From positions 1 through 46,035 of the forward strand of contig JAAYCF010000065.1 of NCBI GenBank assembly GCA_012744415.1: a stretch of 46,035 nucleotides of DNA. Direction: 5' to 3'. Position numbers and translations under genes: made by a program. Under the pieces are notes generated by a model, which worked only from the letters and a program-made list of their open reading frames with translations, had not been told where the DNA came from and searched no databases. Source of the DNA: Thermotogaceae bacterium. Its GTDB lineage: Bacteria; Thermotogota; Thermotogae; MWEM01. Of this stretch, positions 44,461 through 46,035 are shown one piece after another (position 1 is the stretch's first letter; each line of letters begins with the position of its first letter).

Positions 44461-46035
44461 CGTAAAGGTACTCGGTATATTCGATCAAGGTCCCTTTCGA
44501 ATCGTAAAGGCTCGTTTTTTCCGGCTCTCCGGTTATCGCGTAGTCAAAGGTTTGAAGCCATTTGATCTCGTTTCCCTCTTTAATGGTAATTTGCGTTAAG
44601 CGGTTTTCTCCGTCATAGGCGTAAAGGGTTTGGCGAACGCGTTTTCCGGTTGCGTCGTACCCGTCGGTTCGTTTTAGGAGTTCTCCTTCATGGAAGCGCT
44701 CTTCCGTGTAGGTCAAAGCGCCTTTCGCGTCATAAGTCGTCACGCGGATCGTCTGTCCTGTGGGGTTTTTTTCTATCTTTTGAATGGCTCTAAGCGCCTT
44801 GTCCTCCCGAAATTCTATCTTTATCGTTTCGTGTTCCCGATAATCGTAGGTTTCCATTCTTTCTTGCCCGGAAGATCCGACTGATCGAACGCTGAGGAGT
44901 CGATCCTCTTCGTCGTAGGTATAGGAGGAAGTTTCCAGGACCGATCCGTTTTTGTCGATGATTTGCATAGCAGATGCCTTCCCGGTATCATCGTAGGCGT
45001 AGCGAATCCTCAGATAGCCTTCAACGTTGTCTATCAATATCCGGCGCTCTTCGACCAGCCGTTTTTGGTTTTTTGCCGGGATGGCTTCGGCTCCTTCACT
45101 CGCAGCAGATGAGGGTCCTTCGGTTTGCGTTTCGAGGGTTAAGCGTAGATTCTCCTCCATTAATCGGGCATTCTCGCTCTGCAACGCCACTATCCGTTCG
45201 GCCTGCCTTTCGACTTCTTTTGACAACCCTTGGGTTTGCGCCTCTCGGAAAGACAGCAGTTGTTGCAGCTGGTAGAGGCGGGTTTCTTTCTCCGCAAGGG
45301 ACTCTTCCAGCTTTTTTATGCGAACGTCGGCTTCCGCCAGCTGCCTCCCTTGTTCTTGGAAAGCGTCGCTCTCGATTCGTTTTCGTTCGTCGCCGATACG
45401 AACTGCGCTTTCAGAGGCCTCGAAGGTCGCGACGGTTTCTTCGAGGGCGCGAATGCGTTGTAACAGTTGGTTATTCAGCTCGGCGATATGCAGTAGCGCG
45501 TTCGTTTGATCCGACAGATCCGTTTTCGTTTTTTGTAATTGGTTTTCCAAGATTGTTTCCTGATACCGTTGCATCCGATGAAACGCGTTTTCTTCAGACA
45601 CAATCCGCTCCAGTTCTTCGGCTCGCGCTCCTGGAAACGCGAGACTGGCGCCGCTTAATAAAGGATCGGCAACTCCGTTCAAGAGATTTGCCTCATAGGA
45701 AAGGTCGAAGACCAAGCGCGTGAGGCCGTGAGAATCGAGCAGAAAACAGAACGGGAGAGTCGAAATGTCGGTGAGAAGCCAACCGTGTATCGTTCCGCTC
45801 TTACCGCTCGCGAAACCAGTTCCTTCGAATAGCAGCCTTGTTTCCCCAAAACCGGATGCTGAGAAAAGAGACTGCAGGTCGGCCGCATAAGCCGCGAAGT
45901 CAGTAAGATCCGAACCCGAGAGCGCTTCCGTATAGACGGTTATGACATTCTTTGAAACATCGAGCTGCACCCGATGAGAAAAATGCCCGTAAATCGCGAT
46001 ACTCCTCCAGGGATAGTCATAGGCGACGGATAATC
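44453..46035 (-). CDS. Coiled-coil protein with C-terminal YD (Rhs-type) repeats, N-terminus outside window
   Basis: The minus-strand frame stays open from the listed GTG 45970 to the window edge (…LSVAYDYPWRSIAIYGHFSHRVQLDV…). A central coiled coil of about 170 aa rich in E/Q/L/R follows. The tail carries about 8 YD repeats ('YAYDDTGKA', 'YTYDEEDRLLSV', 'TYDAKGAL', 'GYDATGKRV', 'YAYDGENRLTQI', 'LYDSKGTLIE'). Confidence 0.7.
   Translation of the reverse strand, partial: LSVAYDYPWRSIAIYGHFSHRVQLDVSKNVITVYTEALSGSDLTDFAAYAADLQSLFSASGFGETRLLFEGTGFASGKSGTIHGWLLTDISTLPFCFLLDSHGLTRLVFDLSYEANLLNGVADPLLSGASLAFPGARAEELERIVSEENAFHRMQRYQETILENQLQKTKTDLSDQTNALLHIAELNNQLLQRIRALEETVATFEASESAVRIGDERKRIESDAFQEQGRQLAEADVRIKKLEESLAEKETRLYQLQQLLSFREAQTQGLSKEVERQAERIVALQSENARLMEENLRLTLETQTEGPSSAASEGAEAIPAKNQKRLVEERRILIDNVEGYLRIRYAYDDTGKASAMQIIDKNGSVLETSSYTYDEEDRLLSVRSVGSSGQERMETYDYREHETIKIEFREDKALRAIQKIEKNPTGQTIRVTTYDAKGALTYTEERFHEGELLKRTDGYDATGKRVRQTLYAYDGENRLTQITIKEGNEIKWLQTFDYAITGEPEKTSLYDSKGTLIEYTEYLYAP

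Noticed and set aside
44974-45723. 249-aa plus-strand ORF opposite the YD-repeat/coiled-coil gene
   Set aside because: The product is Arg/Ser/Leu-rich and is a shadow of the coiled-coil coding region.

Overview
This is a densely coding chromosomal window (about 45 CDS, roughly 50% GC) from a flagellated, probably anaerobic diderm bacterium. I recognised no rRNA, tRNA, CRISPR array, transposase or integrase. All functional calls come from motif recognition by eye; no database search was run.

Left to right the window contains:
(i) A SorC-regulated carbohydrate-type uptake/catabolism operon: Zn-dehydrogenase, two CUT1-type ABC permeases and a binding protein without an ATPase, a TIM-barrel isomerase, a NAD-kinase-fold protein and an ADP-ribosylglycohydrolase.
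(ii) A MATE exporter.
(iii) A minus-strand operon of a TrmH-like methyltransferase, a membrane protein, an alpha/beta hydrolase and nadE.
(iv) An archaeal-type peroxiredoxin and a class II aldolase diverging from an AT-rich promoter region.
(v) copA.
(vi) THE STAND-OUT: directly upstream of copA, two translationally coupled genes. One encodes a 1286-aa MukB/MksB/JetC-like SMC-family ATPase whose Walker-B catalytic Glu reads as His. The other encodes a 271-aa acidic partner. No kleisin and no nuclease gene lies on either side, so this may be an undescribed minimal SMC-like system.
(vii) A small conserved protein, a radical SAM/SPASM enzyme, an RlmI-like methyltransferase and a biotin-less carboxyltransferase.
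(viii) An XRE-cupin regulator with speH and speE (polyamine operon).
(ix) flgB-flgC-fliE-flgA-flgH-flgI-flgJ (rod-binding domain only).
(x) A long minus-strand operon GNAT-rsgA-rpe-ligA-pncA-HAD-lplA, followed by a divergent cinA.
(xi) A TAXI-TRAP transporter with a DUF1850 gene.
(xii) A 5'-truncated coiled-coil/YD-repeat protein.
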